From Akkermansiaceae bacterium (GTDB taxonomy: Bacteria > Verrucomicrobiota > Verrucomicrobiia > Verrucomicrobiales > Akkermansiaceae): DNA of 64,000 bases. The position numbers and the translations under genes were made by a program. The DNA is taken from the NCBI GenBank assembly GCA_015062055.1, contig SUVK01000001.1:40221-104220 (forward strand), in the 5' to 3' direction. Of this stretch, positions 28,996 to 38,170 are shown in pieces. Every line of letters starts with the position of its first letter. Position 1 is the first letter of the stretch. The notes below the pieces were generated by a model, which worked only from the letters and a program-made list of their open reading frames with translations, made no database searches and was not told the DNA's origin.

Positions 28996-30447
28996 ATGAA
29001 AATGAAATCCATTGCATTTGCTGTGGCTGCTGCATTCTCCCTGTCTGCCCAAGGGCAGCAGGTATTGCCTGTGGCCGGAGATGAAGACCATGCCGCCATC
29101 ACCGAAACGGCAGAACAGCGAGACGCCCGCATGGAGTGGTGGCGCGATGCCAAGTTCGGTATGTTCATTCACTATGGCTTGTACTCGGGCTTAGCCGGTG
29201 AGTTTAAGGGGGTGCAAGGTGGGTCGGAGTGGATTCAGACCAACTTGGAGCTGGATACCGAGACATACGCTGCCGAGGCATTGCCGTTGTTCAAGCCGGC
29301 CCCCGGTTGTACGGATGCTTGGGCCGAACTTGCTCAAAAAGCCGGTTGTCGCTACATGGTGCTTACCTCGAAGCACCACGATGGTTTTGCGCTTTTCGAG
29401 ACGCCGACATCCGATTACAGCTCGGCGCATCATCACGGGCGGGATTTGGTGAAAGAGTTTACGGACTCCGCCCGCAAACACGGCATGCGTGTGGGCTTGT
29501 ACCACAGTGTGATAGACTGGCACCACCCTGCCTACGATAATACCATTTGCCCCGATTTGTGCTACCCCGATAATCAAGAAAAAATGCTCAAAGAGCGTGG
29601 CATACCCCGCGACCATGCAACCTACCAAAAGTACTTGCATGCACAGGTGCGCGAGCTGATGACCAAATACGGCACCATTGATATCATGTGGTGGGACTAT
29701 TCTCAAGGCGCGGCCTCGGGCGAGCGTGGCTGGAAAGCCCCCGCCCTTATGGATATGTGCCGCGAAATCAACCCCAACGTTATTATGAACAACCGCCTGT
29801 ACGCCTTCTCGGGGTTTGATACCTCTCGCGATGGCGTGCAGCTCGACCTGCGCTGCGGCGACTACACCACCCCCGAGAAACGCATCCCCGAGAAAGGCTA
29901 CCCCGGCATCGACTGGGAGTCTTGCATGACTGTGGGCGATAAGTGGGGCTACAATCGCTACGACCTGCGTTATAAGACCCCCACCATGGTGATTCGCCAG
30001 TTGGAGGAGTGCTCTGCCAAGGGTGGCAACCTTTTGCTCAACATCAACCCTAAGGCAGATGGCTCTATCCCCCGCCCGGTTGTCAAGGTGTTTACCGTTG
30101 TGGGTGAGTGGATGTCGGTAAACGGCTCTGCCATTTACGGCAGCGAGCCCATGTATGCCGTGCATATGCCCGAGGGGTGGATGTGCAGCCGCACCGGGGC
30201 AGACCTCAATATCTTTGCGCCCTCGCTGGGTATTACCATGCAAACCACCGTGCTGCTTACCGTACCTACCGCCGGGTTGCAGATTCCGGCAGATGGAGTG
30301 GTACAGGTAGAGGTACTGGGGCAGCCCGATACCGTGGTGCCTGCCACTGTTAACGGTAATCTGCTCGAGCTGAGCATACCTGCCCGGGCTTGGACGGAGG
30401 CTGTGGAGTTCATGCCCGTTATCCGAGTAAAAGGTGTAGCCCGTTAA
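28996..30447 (+). CDS. Alpha-L-fucosidase (GH29), secreted
   Basis: WWRDAKFGMFIHYG, TSKHHDGF, IMWWD, MNNR, WESCMT, GNLLLNINP. Confidence 0.95.
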   Translation: MKMKSIAFAVAAAFSLSAQGQQVLPVAGDEDHAAITETAEQRDARMEWWRDAKFGMFIHYGLYSGLAGEFKGVQGGSEWIQTNLELDTETYAAEALPLFKPAPGCTDAWAELAQKAGCRYMVLTSKHHDGFALFETPTSDYSSAHHHGRDLVKEFTDSARKHGMRVGLYHSVIDWHHPAYDNTICPDLCYPDNQEKMLKERGIPRDHATYQKYLHAQVRELMTKYGTIDIMWWDYSQGAASGERGWKAPALMDMCREINPNVIMNNRLYAFSGFDTSRDGVQLDLRCGDYTTPEKRIPEKGYPGIDWESCMTVGDKWGYNRYDLRYKTPTMVIRQLEECSAKGGNLLLNINPKADGSIPRPVVKVFTVVGEWMSVNGSAIYGSEPMYAVHMPEGWMCSRTGADLNIFAPSLGITMQTTVLLTVPTAGLQIPADGVVQVEVLGQPDTVVPATVNGNLLELSIPARAWTEAVEFMPVIRVKGVAR

Positions 30448-30459
30448 AGTACCCGAACC

Positions 30460-31149
30460 ATGTTTTCTGCAACCGTATACAATCTCCCTAAATTATTGGG
30501 TGGGCAATACATGCTCACCGCCGTATTGGCGGAGACGGTAGATACGGTTGTTTATGCCGCAACCCAGAAAGACTTGCGCCGCGAGGTCGTGGTCGAGACC
30601 CTGCGCCCCGAGCGCATGACCGACCCCCACAAGGTGCAATTCTTTCTGGAGACGGCCCGGGCGCAAACCGGCATGGGTGGCAAGTTTGTAGCTACCGTGC
30701 TCGAGCTCTTGTATGCCGAAGATACATGGCATATTGCCCGAGAGCGCATACAAGGGGAACCGATGGATGAATTATTGGCATCCGGCGAGCGCGGCTCGGC
30801 AGCTACGTTTTGTGAATTGATGCTCACGCTGATACGCACCTGCATACGGCAAGATATGCAGGGGGTGGCCTCTGCCCCGTTCTTTTTGCAAAATGCGCAT
30901 TTCATGGGGCTGGGTTTTCGCTTGGATAACTTGGCCCTGGCCGGGCCGAGGGACCCCGGCTCCTCCGGCCGAGATATCCGAAACGCTGCACACGAGATAT
31001 TGTCTATGGTAGACCCGGCCACCCCGCGTGCGGAAGATATGCGGGTTATTTTGCGCAACATACTCAACACGACGCGGTGGGTGCAATTAACCCCGTTGGA
31101 TGTATACGCCGAGTTCGTGCGTCTGCAGCTGCTCATCAATCGGGCCTGA
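30460..31149 (+). CDS. Degenerate Ser/Thr kinase-like protein
   Basis: N-lobe pattern QYMLTAVLAE..VYAATQKDLRREVVVETL..FLETAR; catalytic motifs missing. Confidence 0.65.
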   Translation: MFSATVYNLPKLLGGQYMLTAVLAETVDTVVYAATQKDLRREVVVETLRPERMTDPHKVQFFLETARAQTGMGGKFVATVLELLYAEDTWHIARERIQGEPMDELLASGERGSAATFCELMLTLIRTCIRQDMQGVASAPFFLQNAHFMGLGFRLDNLALAGPRDPGSSGRDIRNAAHEILSMVDPATPRAEDMRVILRNILNTTRWVQLTPLDVYAEFVRLQLLINRA

Positions 31150-32092
31150 GTTCATTCTCGGCCGTTGTAGCGTGTTTTTGTAAAAACTCTTTTACTCCGT
31201 AGGTAGGGTATAAAAGGTCATTGTTGCTGAAAAGCTCAATTTCGCGGATGGCACGTTGCAGCACCTCCTCCTCGGTTTCGCCGGCATCGGTGCGGTATAG
31301 TTGGTCGATACTCAGTGCCTCTGCGGCCGGTACTTGTATCTTGTTTTGCAGCGCAAAGAGCAGAAAATGCACGGATGGCACCCTGTGCATCTCGTTTTCA
31401 AACAAGCTGCGCCCCAGTTGCCAAGCCTCTTGTTCTCTGCCCGGTACACGGCATAAATTGTAAAAAAGGACACGCTTGTAGTACTCGGGGGCTCCCAGCT
31501 CGATTGCCTTTTTCATGGTGTCTATGGCCTTGTCGAACTGCGGGAGGCGGTACAAGTTGCCGTAGTGTTCGGCAAGTGCGGTGTAGAGTTTCCAGCTTTG
31601 CGGATTATTGGCAATGCCCTCCAGCAAGAAATTTTCGCCCAGTTTAATGTATTCTCTGTAGGCGTTTTCTTGTTCGCTGCGGCTGAGCTTGCGGTTTCTG
31701 ATCACATCGCCCGCCGCATTAGAGGTCATATCATTTTCGGCGTTAATCCAATAATTGAGACGGCGGGGCATCAGGGTGGTGGCGCTTTCCCAGCGGCTGC
31801 GTAACCGTGGCCAGTCCCGCTTGCTCCACGCATCGGTGGCATCCAGGGTATAAATCTCTGCCACCAAAGAGCGCAGGCCCCCCAAGGTAAAAAATGCCAG
31901 TTGTTGAGACAAAGCATCGCTGCGGTCGGGGCTGGGCAGGGGGGGCTGCAGCCCGCATGCCTTTTGCTCCTTATAAATGCTTGCAGAGCAGTAAGCCGGC
32001 ACAATACCGCCTATACCCAATGCCAACAGAGCGCAGGCATAGGTTTTGAGCGTGTGGTAGTGTTTGCGGCGCGGTGCGGGTGCTGTGCTCAT
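31136..32092 (-). CDS. Hypothetical membrane-anchored helical protein
   Basis: N-terminal TM; LGGLRSLVAE...; TPR-like helices. Confidence 0.7.
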   Translation of the reverse strand: MSTAPAPRRKHYHTLKTYACALLALGIGGIVPAYCSASIYKEQKACGLQPPLPSPDRSDALSQQLAFFTLGGLRSLVAEIYTLDATDAWSKRDWPRLRSRWESATTLMPRRLNYWINAENDMTSNAAGDVIRNRKLSRSEQENAYREYIKLGENFLLEGIANNPQSWKLYTALAEHYGNLYRLPQFDKAIDTMKKAIELGAPEYYKRVLFYNLCRVPGREQEAWQLGRSLFENEMHRVPSVHFLLFALQNKIQVPAAEALSIDQLYRTDAGETEEEVLQRAIREIELFSNNDLLYPTYGVKEFLQKHATTAENELRPD

Positions 32093-32105
32093 GAAAAGTG
32101 TCGGC

Positions 32106-33020
32106 TTAATGGGTTAATCGCTTTCTTATGTCGGCTGCCAGCTGCTGCCACTCGGGCACCGGGGCGCCGGCTGCCAGGGCCAGGCGCAGGGGAGTACCCC
32201 AAATGGCCTCGTACTCAACGGGGCGATTGCGGTTGTAATCTACCGCGCTGCTGGGTATAAAATCTCCCATGGCTGCGGTGCTACGCATCTGTTCTTGAAC
32301 AATCTCCGTCGGCAGGGGGAAACCACGCAACTCTGCCGTGTGGTACACCTCGTTCATGATACGGCGTGCGCGCTCCACCTCTTGCGGCATGGTAAAGAGT
32401 TGGCGTATGCTGATACCGCCGTGTGCCAAACATAGCCCGTTGAACGGTATATTCCACGACAACTTGCACCACAGTATTTGCTCTGCATGCATAAAGACAC
32501 TTGTCTTGATAGGGGTGCCGGCGAACAAGTCTGCCAGCTCTTGCGCGGTCTGCAGACCGGCTGCGCTTGCCGTGTAGGGGGCAAATTGAATATCGCCTTT
32601 CTCCAAATGCGTGATAATACCGGGGGTGTCCATCATCACGCATACAAAGCATAAGCCGATAAAAACTCGCTCGGCCGGTACTATTTGCGCGATGGCTTCT
32701 GCATTGCCCATGCCGTTTTGAAAGGTCAACACCCTGGTGTGGGCGTGCAACAGGGCGGGCAGCTCTTGCTCCAGTAAATGGTTGCAGGTGGTTTTCCAGC
32801 TCACGATTACCAAATCCACCGGGCCACATTCGGCTGTATGGCGCGCTATTCTCGGGTGCGGCAGGCAGATGTCTCCTTTGATGCTGTTTACCTGCAGGCC
32901 TCGTTGGCTTACCGGCTCGTAGGCCGAGCGCATGATAAAGGTTACCCGGTGCCCGGCCTCTGCCAGCCGCGCGCCGTAATAACACCCCAAGGCTCCGGCT
33001 CCCAGTATCGCAATGTTCAT
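32106..33020 (-). CDS. panE: 2-dehydropantoate 2-reductase
   Basis: ILGAGALGCYYG, SWK, FQNGMG, WCKLSWNIPFN, SSAVD, EYEAI. Confidence 0.92.
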   Translation of the reverse strand: MNIAILGAGALGCYYGARLAEAGHRVTFIMRSAYEPVSQRGLQVNSIKGDICLPHPRIARHTAECGPVDLVIVSWKTTCNHLLEQELPALLHAHTRVLTFQNGMGNAEAIAQIVPAERVFIGLCFVCVMMDTPGIITHLEKGDIQFAPYTASAAGLQTAQELADLFAGTPIKTSVFMHAEQILWCKLSWNIPFNGLCLAHGGISIRQLFTMPQEVERARRIMNEVYHTAELRGFPLPTEIVQEQMRSTAAMGDFIPSSAVDYNRNRPVEYEAIWGTPLRLALAAGAPVPEWQQLAADIRKRLTH

Positions 33021-33238
33021 GCCCCTTATCCTAGCATCTTACCCCGCACCACGCAAACTTAAATTGAGTATGTTGCCGCTATTGCTGCCGGAGAAACCAC
33101 CTTTTCTCCCCCCTTAAATCACAAATTTAACCGTTAAGCCACATTTTTGCCTTGCCTTATGCCATAGAATGAGTTATTAAAAAAGCACTTCATTTAATTC
33201 CGGGGTGCTCGCTGCACCTCTACAAACATCAACAGAAA

Positions 33239-33421
33239 ATGGGTCAACAACACCGTAAGGAAACGAAGCGCCGCCGCCGCAGCGCCTATATCAAGCGTCA
33301 GAAAGAAATCGCCAAGAACAGCGCCAACGCTGTTCCCGTGCAGCTTGCTACCAAGGTAGTCAAGGCAGATGCCGAGCCAGCCAAGAAGGCACCTGCTAAG
33401 AAGAAGACGGCCGAGGCTTAA
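33239..33421 (+). CDS. Small basic protein
   Basis: 60 aa, MGQQHRKETKRRRRSAYIKRQK; host-like codons; own terminator. Confidence 0.75.
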   Translation: MGQQHRKETKRRRRSAYIKRQKEIAKNSANAVPVQLATKVVKADAEPAKKAPAKKKTAEA

Positions 33422-33456
33422 GTCTCTCTCCTCTTCTGTGGAGATTTTATTTGAAC

Positions 33457-33492
33457 AACGGGCAGCTCTGTATCAGTACAGAGCTGCCCGTT
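33457..33492. terminator. 16-bp hairpin between convergent genes
   Basis: aacgggcagctctgta-tcag-tacagagctgcccgtt. Confidence 0.75.
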
Positions 33493-33498
33493 GGCATG

Positions 33499-34083
33499 TT
33501 ACTTGAGCCGCGCAAATTGCAGGTGCATCCAATCATAGTCGCATTCTCTCCCCAACGATACCGCACCGTGGCTCTCCCATATCTCCCACCATTTGCGACA
33601 CTCTGCGTGCGATAATGTGGCCCGCGGTGCCTTGTAGTGCAGGGCATTGGCTGCGGGCGAAAAATCCAAAGCTATACCCCAGGCATGCATCGACAGTGCC
33701 CCGCCGCTTTGGGTAGAGCGGTAGTTGTACGAGCCACCGTAAAGGTCGAGCCCCAAGCGGTGTATGTTCTCTTGCCCATAGTGGGCCAGTACCTCCTCCA
33801 ATGCACTTTGCACATGTTTGGCGATAAGGCGGTGCACGCGTATACTGCGTACGGCGCTACCCTCATAATACAAGGGGTAGGGCGGTGTCAGCGGCACGAG
33901 GTCGGCCTCGCACCCGGCGCGGCCGAAGATGCTGTTACCACGGCGTACCTCTGCTTGTGTGGGCCATACCGGTATGCGGGCAATACCCAATTTGTTGCGT
34001 ATGGCTTCGATGGTGCGGGGGCCTATGATGCCGTCTGCTGCTACCCCCACATGCTTTTGTATAGCAATAATGTCTGTCTTCAT
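33499..34083 (-). CDS. M15-family peptidoglycan peptidase with PG-binding N-terminus
   Basis: QKHVGVAADGIIGPRT; GSYNYR..SMHAWGIALD; DWMHLQ. Confidence 0.85.
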   Translation of the reverse strand: MKTDIIAIQKHVGVAADGIIGPRTIEAIRNKLGIARIPVWPTQAEVRRGNSIFGRAGCEADLVPLTPPYPLYYEGSAVRSIRVHRLIAKHVQSALEEVLAHYGQENIHRLGLDLYGGSYNYRSTQSGGALSMHAWGIALDFSPAANALHYKAPRATLSHAECRKWWEIWESHGAVSLGRECDYDWMHLQFARLK

Positions 34084-34237
34084 GCTACGGGGTGGGGGTG
34101 TTTTTTTGTTGAGGTTTGTGTGTACATGCCTCTTCTATAAACCGAAAGGCGCACCAAGACAAGCTCGGTGCACCTTCTGTCGGCACTTTCCGCGATTTTG
34201 CCAATCGCCCTGTGTCCTGTTCTGTTTGAGTAAATTC

Positions 34238-35077
34238 TTACAAAGCCGGTTTAACCGGGGTAGCCGGTGTGGCAGGCTTGGCAGCCGTTGCGGGTTTAGC
34301 AGCCTCAGCAGGCTTGGCCGGGGTGGTCGGCTCTGCCTTCTTCTCAGCCGGTTTTTCCGTGGACTCGGGGGTAGCGTAGTATACCTCGCCATCCAACGAG
34401 GCGCGGTAGCGACCGCCGGACAAAATGGTAATGCCGATTGTCTTGCCCATGTAGGCAGGCGGAGGGTTTACTTTGTAGCGGCGCAGCTCGGGGGCCCCGG
34501 GTTGGTCGGGGTCGCGCACCACTACGGTAAGCTGCCCGCTGATGGGGCGAGGCTCTGCCGGTTGCGTGCTGATCTTCTGCCCGGCATACATCGATGCCAC
34601 CGGGAAGATGTTGTCAGAATCATCGTGCATCTCAATAAAGATGCGGCCATTGGTGGCGTTGGATACCTGCACCGCATAGCCTGCGCTGCCATCGGCTGCC
34701 GGTTGGTTCGGGTAATAATTGTTGACAGCCGGTTGCAAACCCGCTTGCGGGTACATCGGGTCTACTGCGGGTACGGTTACTCCCGGTTGCGTATAACCGG
34801 GTATCTGCGGTTGGGGGTACGGCTGGGCTACCACGGGTGTGGTAGGTACGGTAGGCACGGTCTGCCCGGTGTAGGCTGCCACCTGTTCCTCAAACGCTGC
34901 ATCCGTATCTGTTGTATGCGTGTTCACTGCCCCTTGCCCCGGCAGGGCTAAATACTGGCGGTGTGCCGGGTTCTCTTTCGGCAGGGTGGAGGGTCGCATT
35001 GTCCCGTAGGGGGCTACTTGCGTGCATGCGGACAATGCCATAACGGCTCCGGTTATGAGTATGAGATAGCTCTTCAT
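34238..35077 (-). CDS. Hypothetical Pro-rich lipoprotein
   Basis: MKSYLILITGAVMALSA-C; promoter 7 nt upstream. Confidence 0.75.
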   Translation of the reverse strand: MKSYLILITGAVMALSACTQVAPYGTMRPSTLPKENPAHRQYLALPGQGAVNTHTTDTDAAFEEQVAAYTGQTVPTVPTTPVVAQPYPQPQIPGYTQPGVTVPAVDPMYPQAGLQPAVNNYYPNQPAADGSAGYAVQVSNATNGRIFIEMHDDSDNIFPVASMYAGQKISTQPAEPRPISGQLTVVVRDPDQPGAPELRRYKVNPPPAYMGKTIGITILSGGRYRASLDGEVYYATPESTEKPAEKKAEPTTPAKPAEAAKPATAAKPATPATPVKPAL

Positions 35078-35279
35078 CGGCGGCATGTTACCATTTTTTT
35101 TGTCATATGGCAAGCGTTTATGTTAATTTTTCGTAAAAAATTAACGTTTTTTTACTGATATGGCAGTTATTTTGCTTGCCACACCGCGTTTGTTCTGCTA
35201 GAATCTTGCACCCGCGGCAGGTTGCGCTTATGTATGTGCCTGCCAGATGGTATCATATTCAATCGTCAAGATAATTATT

Positions 35280-36533
35280 ATGAAAGAACTCAAAGGTGCA
35301 TGCATCATCGGCCAGTCCGGCGGTCCCACCGCTGTGATTAACGCCAGCGTTCTCGGCGCAGTTAAGGCCGCTCTCAACGCCCCCCAGATCACCCGCGTAT
35401 ACGGTGCCGCTCACGGTATCACCGGCGTGCTTAACCAGCAGCTTTACGATATGGGTATGGAAGACCCTGCCGAGCTTGACCTCCTCAAGTTTACCCCCTC
35501 TTCTGCCCTCGGTACCTGCCGCTACAAAATGAAGGATCCCGATGTGGACCCCACCGATTACGAGAAAATCCTCGAAACCTTCCGTAAGTTCGACGTCCGT
35601 TACTTCTTCTACAACGGCGGTAACGACTCCATGGACACCTGCAACAAGATCTCCAAGTTCATGCAGAAATCCGGTTACGAGTGCCGCGTTATGGGTATTC
35701 CCAAGACGATTGACAACGACCTCTTCGGTACCGACCACTGCCCCGGTTTCGCCTCTGCCGCCAAGTACATTGCCACCTCTTGCATGGAGGTTCAGCACGA
35801 TGCTTCTTGCTACGACACCGGCATGATCACCATCATCGAGGTGATGGGCCGCAACGCCGGTTGGCTTACCGCCGCCTCCGCTCTGGCTACCTACGCCGGT
35901 GCCGGTCCCGACCTTATCTATCTCCCCGAGGTTGATTTCGATATGGAGTCCTTCTTGGTTGATGTTGAGAAGCGTTACAACGCTACCGGTAAGTGCCTTG
36001 TAGTGGTTTCCGAGGGTATCCATGACTCCGATGGTAACTTCATCTCCCAAGCCAAGACCAACAGCAACGACGGCTTCGGCCACGCCCAGCTCGGCGGCCT
36101 TGCTAACAAGCTTGCAGAGGTTGTTCGCTCTCGCGTTCCCTCCGCTAAGGTTCGCGCCATCGAGCCCTCCCTGCTTCAGCGCTGCGCTACTCACTTGGCC
36201 TCCACCACCGACGCCACAGAGGCTTACCTCGCCGGTAAGACCGCCGTGCAGGCCGCCGTTTCCGGCGATACCGACAAGATGGTTGCATTCGAGCGCGACA
36301 GCGTTTACGGCCAGTACGTTTGCAACACCAAGCTCCTGCCCCTCGAGAGCGTTGCCAACTTCGAGAAAAAAGTTCCCCGCGAATGGATTAACGCTGCCGG
36401 TAACGGCATCGAGCGCGCCTTCATCGACTATGCTCTGCCCCTCATCCAGGGCGAGACCGGCATGAAGACCGTTGAAGCTCTCCCCCGCTTCGCCCGCCTC
36501 CGCAAGGTGTTGGCTAAGCCCGTTTGCGAGTAA
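35280..36533 (+). CDS. pfp: 6-phosphofructokinase, probably PPi-dependent
   Basis: GQSGGPTAVIN, GGNDS and PKTIDND (Asp/Lys signature of PPi enzymes), EVMGRNAGW. Confidence 0.9.
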   Translation: MKELKGACIIGQSGGPTAVINASVLGAVKAALNAPQITRVYGAAHGITGVLNQQLYDMGMEDPAELDLLKFTPSSALGTCRYKMKDPDVDPTDYEKILETFRKFDVRYFFYNGGNDSMDTCNKISKFMQKSGYECRVMGIPKTIDNDLFGTDHCPGFASAAKYIATSCMEVQHDASCYDTGMITIIEVMGRNAGWLTAASALATYAGAGPDLIYLPEVDFDMESFLVDVEKRYNATGKCLVVVSEGIHDSDGNFISQAKTNSNDGFGHAQLGGLANKLAEVVRSRVPSAKVRAIEPSLLQRCATHLASTTDATEAYLAGKTAVQAAVSGDTDKMVAFERDSVYGQYVCNTKLLPLESVANFEKKVPREWINAAGNGIERAFIDYALPLIQGETGMKTVEALPRFARLRKVLAKPVCE

Positions 36534-36558
36534 TTTTAGCTCCTCTCCCTTAATCATT

Positions 36559-36591
36559 GCCCCCGCGTTTCTCTTACAAACGCGGGGGCTT
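36559..36591 (+). terminator. Terminator after pfp (possibly bidirectional)
   Basis: ccccgcgttt/aaacgcgggg then ctttg. Confidence 0.7.
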
Positions 36592-36599
36592 TGTCATTA

Positions 36600-36740
36600 T
36601 CTGCCTCAGCTACCACAACATGGTGCTATCTCCTCTTGATTAAAAAGCCGAATGCCGGAGCTGACCACACGATTTCAATTGAAAATAAAAGAGCCCGCAA
36701 GAAACGGTATAATGTCGCAACCCTATATTACGGCTGACTA
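36600..36740 (-). ncRNA. Candidate 6S-like RNA
   Basis: Promoter TTGCAT-N16-TACAAT (36773-36746); ends pair (UCAGC/GCUGA, CGUAAUAU/AUGUUGUG using G-U); central AUUAUACC and UUUAAUCAAG bubble strands; no ORF. Confidence 0.5.
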
Positions 36741-36793
36741 ACCGTATTGTATGAACATAACAAACAAATGCAAGCAAAAAAAAGAGTAACATA

Positions 36794-36839
36794 AAAAAGC
36801 CGCTTAACGTGCAGAATTGCAGCGTTTAAGCGGCTTTTT
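36794..36839 (-). terminator. tRNA-Thr terminator
   Basis: aaaaagccgcttaa/ttaagcggcttttt. Confidence 0.75.
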
Positions 36840-36846
36840 GTTCCAG

Positions 36847-36918
36847 AGCCGGATGTCAGGGTCGAACTGACGACCGTCCGATTACAAATCGGGTGCTCTA
36901 CCACTGAGCTAATCCGGC
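36847..36918 (-). tRNA. tRNA-Thr(UGU)
   Basis: GCCGGATTAGCTCAGTGGTAGAGCACCCGATTTGTAATCGG...GTTCGAC...ATCCGGCT. Confidence 0.96.
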
Positions 36919-37074
36919 GAGGTGGGCACATGATACACGAGAACGGAGCAGATAGCAAGCTTTTTTTCGTTAAAAAGTGTCAGAATCAACGAGAATGGCA
37001 AAAAAAGTAACGGGAGCACCGTGTGGGTGCTCCCGTAGAAGGAAGGGAAATGCCGTGTGAGAGGGAGGCGTGGA

Positions 37075-38046
37075 TTAGAATTTCCAGCCGAAGTCTAAGC
37101 CGATGGTAAACTGCATGTGGTCTACCGGGCCGTTACCCACGGCGCGGTCGATGTCGCCGGAGTTGTTGCCTGCGGCAGAGATTTGCAGCCAGGGGGTAAT
37201 TTGGGTGCGGCCGTCGCGGCCGATGGTGCCGCTGTGGGTGAAGATGGGTGCGGCTACGCGAAGGCGCACGGCATCGGTACCTTTGACGCCATTAGCCCAG
37301 TAGCTGAAGGAAGTTGCCCAGCCGGCGGATACCTCGAGGTCGAGGCCCCAGCGAGCGTTGTTGACAACATCGGTAAAGCGGTAGCCGGCCTCGAGGTCGA
37401 AGTAGTGGCCCGTGAGACCTTGGAACCCGATACCCCATTGAGCAGCGCCGAAGAAGCCCTTCTGGTGGTCGTTAAACTCGAGGGTAACCGTTAAATCTTG
37501 AGCTAAGCGGTGCGGACCACTGTTGGCATAGCGGGTCATGAAGCCCTCTAAACCGCCATGGTGCATGGTGTAGCCCAGCTCGAGCGTCATGTTGGGGAAG
37601 ATTTCTTTACCCATGGCATAACCGGCTTTGAGCACGGGAGTATCGGCCAGCTCTGCCGTAGCGCCCCACACAATACCAAAGTTGCCGCTTACCTTGTGGT
37701 AGATGCCGCAATTGAAAAGATTACGGTTGGGCAATATGTAGTGGCCGGATATGGAGGAGTAGCCGTTAGAGGCCATGTTGTCGGTCACACCCATGCCTCG
37801 TACCTGATAATTGGTTTCGTATAAGCCGAGTTTGATGTAGCCTCTCTCGCCGGCGGTTGATGTGGGCGTGATGGGGGCTGTTGCCGGGGCGGGCTCGGTG
37901 AAGGCATACGGGTCTTCAAACCCGGCCAGAGGATCCTCGTAGGAGACGTGTTCATACGTTACGGGACCATCCGGTATCATGGGCGGCATTTCGCTGCCCA
38001 TTGCCGGCAGGGTAAGGCCGATAATTAAAAAAAGGTTCTTCTTCAT
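37075..38046 (-). CDS. Probable outer-membrane beta-barrel protein
   Basis: Signal peptide; amphipathic strands; C-terminal LDFGWKF. Confidence 0.7.
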   Translation of the reverse strand: MKKNLFLIIGLTLPAMGSEMPPMIPDGPVTYEHVSYEDPLAGFEDPYAFTEPAPATAPITPTSTAGERGYIKLGLYETNYQVRGMGVTDNMASNGYSSISGHYILPNRNLFNCGIYHKVSGNFGIVWGATAELADTPVLKAGYAMGKEIFPNMTLELGYTMHHGGLEGFMTRYANSGPHRLAQDLTVTLEFNDHQKGFFGAAQWGIGFQGLTGHYFDLEAGYRFTDVVNNARWGLDLEVSAGWATSFSYWANGVKGTDAVRLRVAAPIFTHSGTIGRDGRTQITPWLQISAAGNNSGDIDRAVGNGPVDHMQFTIGLDFGWKF

Positions 38047-38170
38047 ACGCGGATATTTTACCTTAGTTAAATAAATTGGCAAGTCCAAACTGAGTACAAA
38101 GCACAAAAAACGGGAAGAAATTTTGAAAAAAGGCGTTGACGAAGCGGGCAATGCCCGTTAGAATAGGCTC

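Noticed and set aside
35259-36557. 432-aa antisense ORF opposite pfp (likewise opposite leuA, mmdA, mmdB and the S41 protease)
   Set aside because: Codon-for-codon mirror frames typical of strongly biased genes; no independent start signals or recognisable domains.
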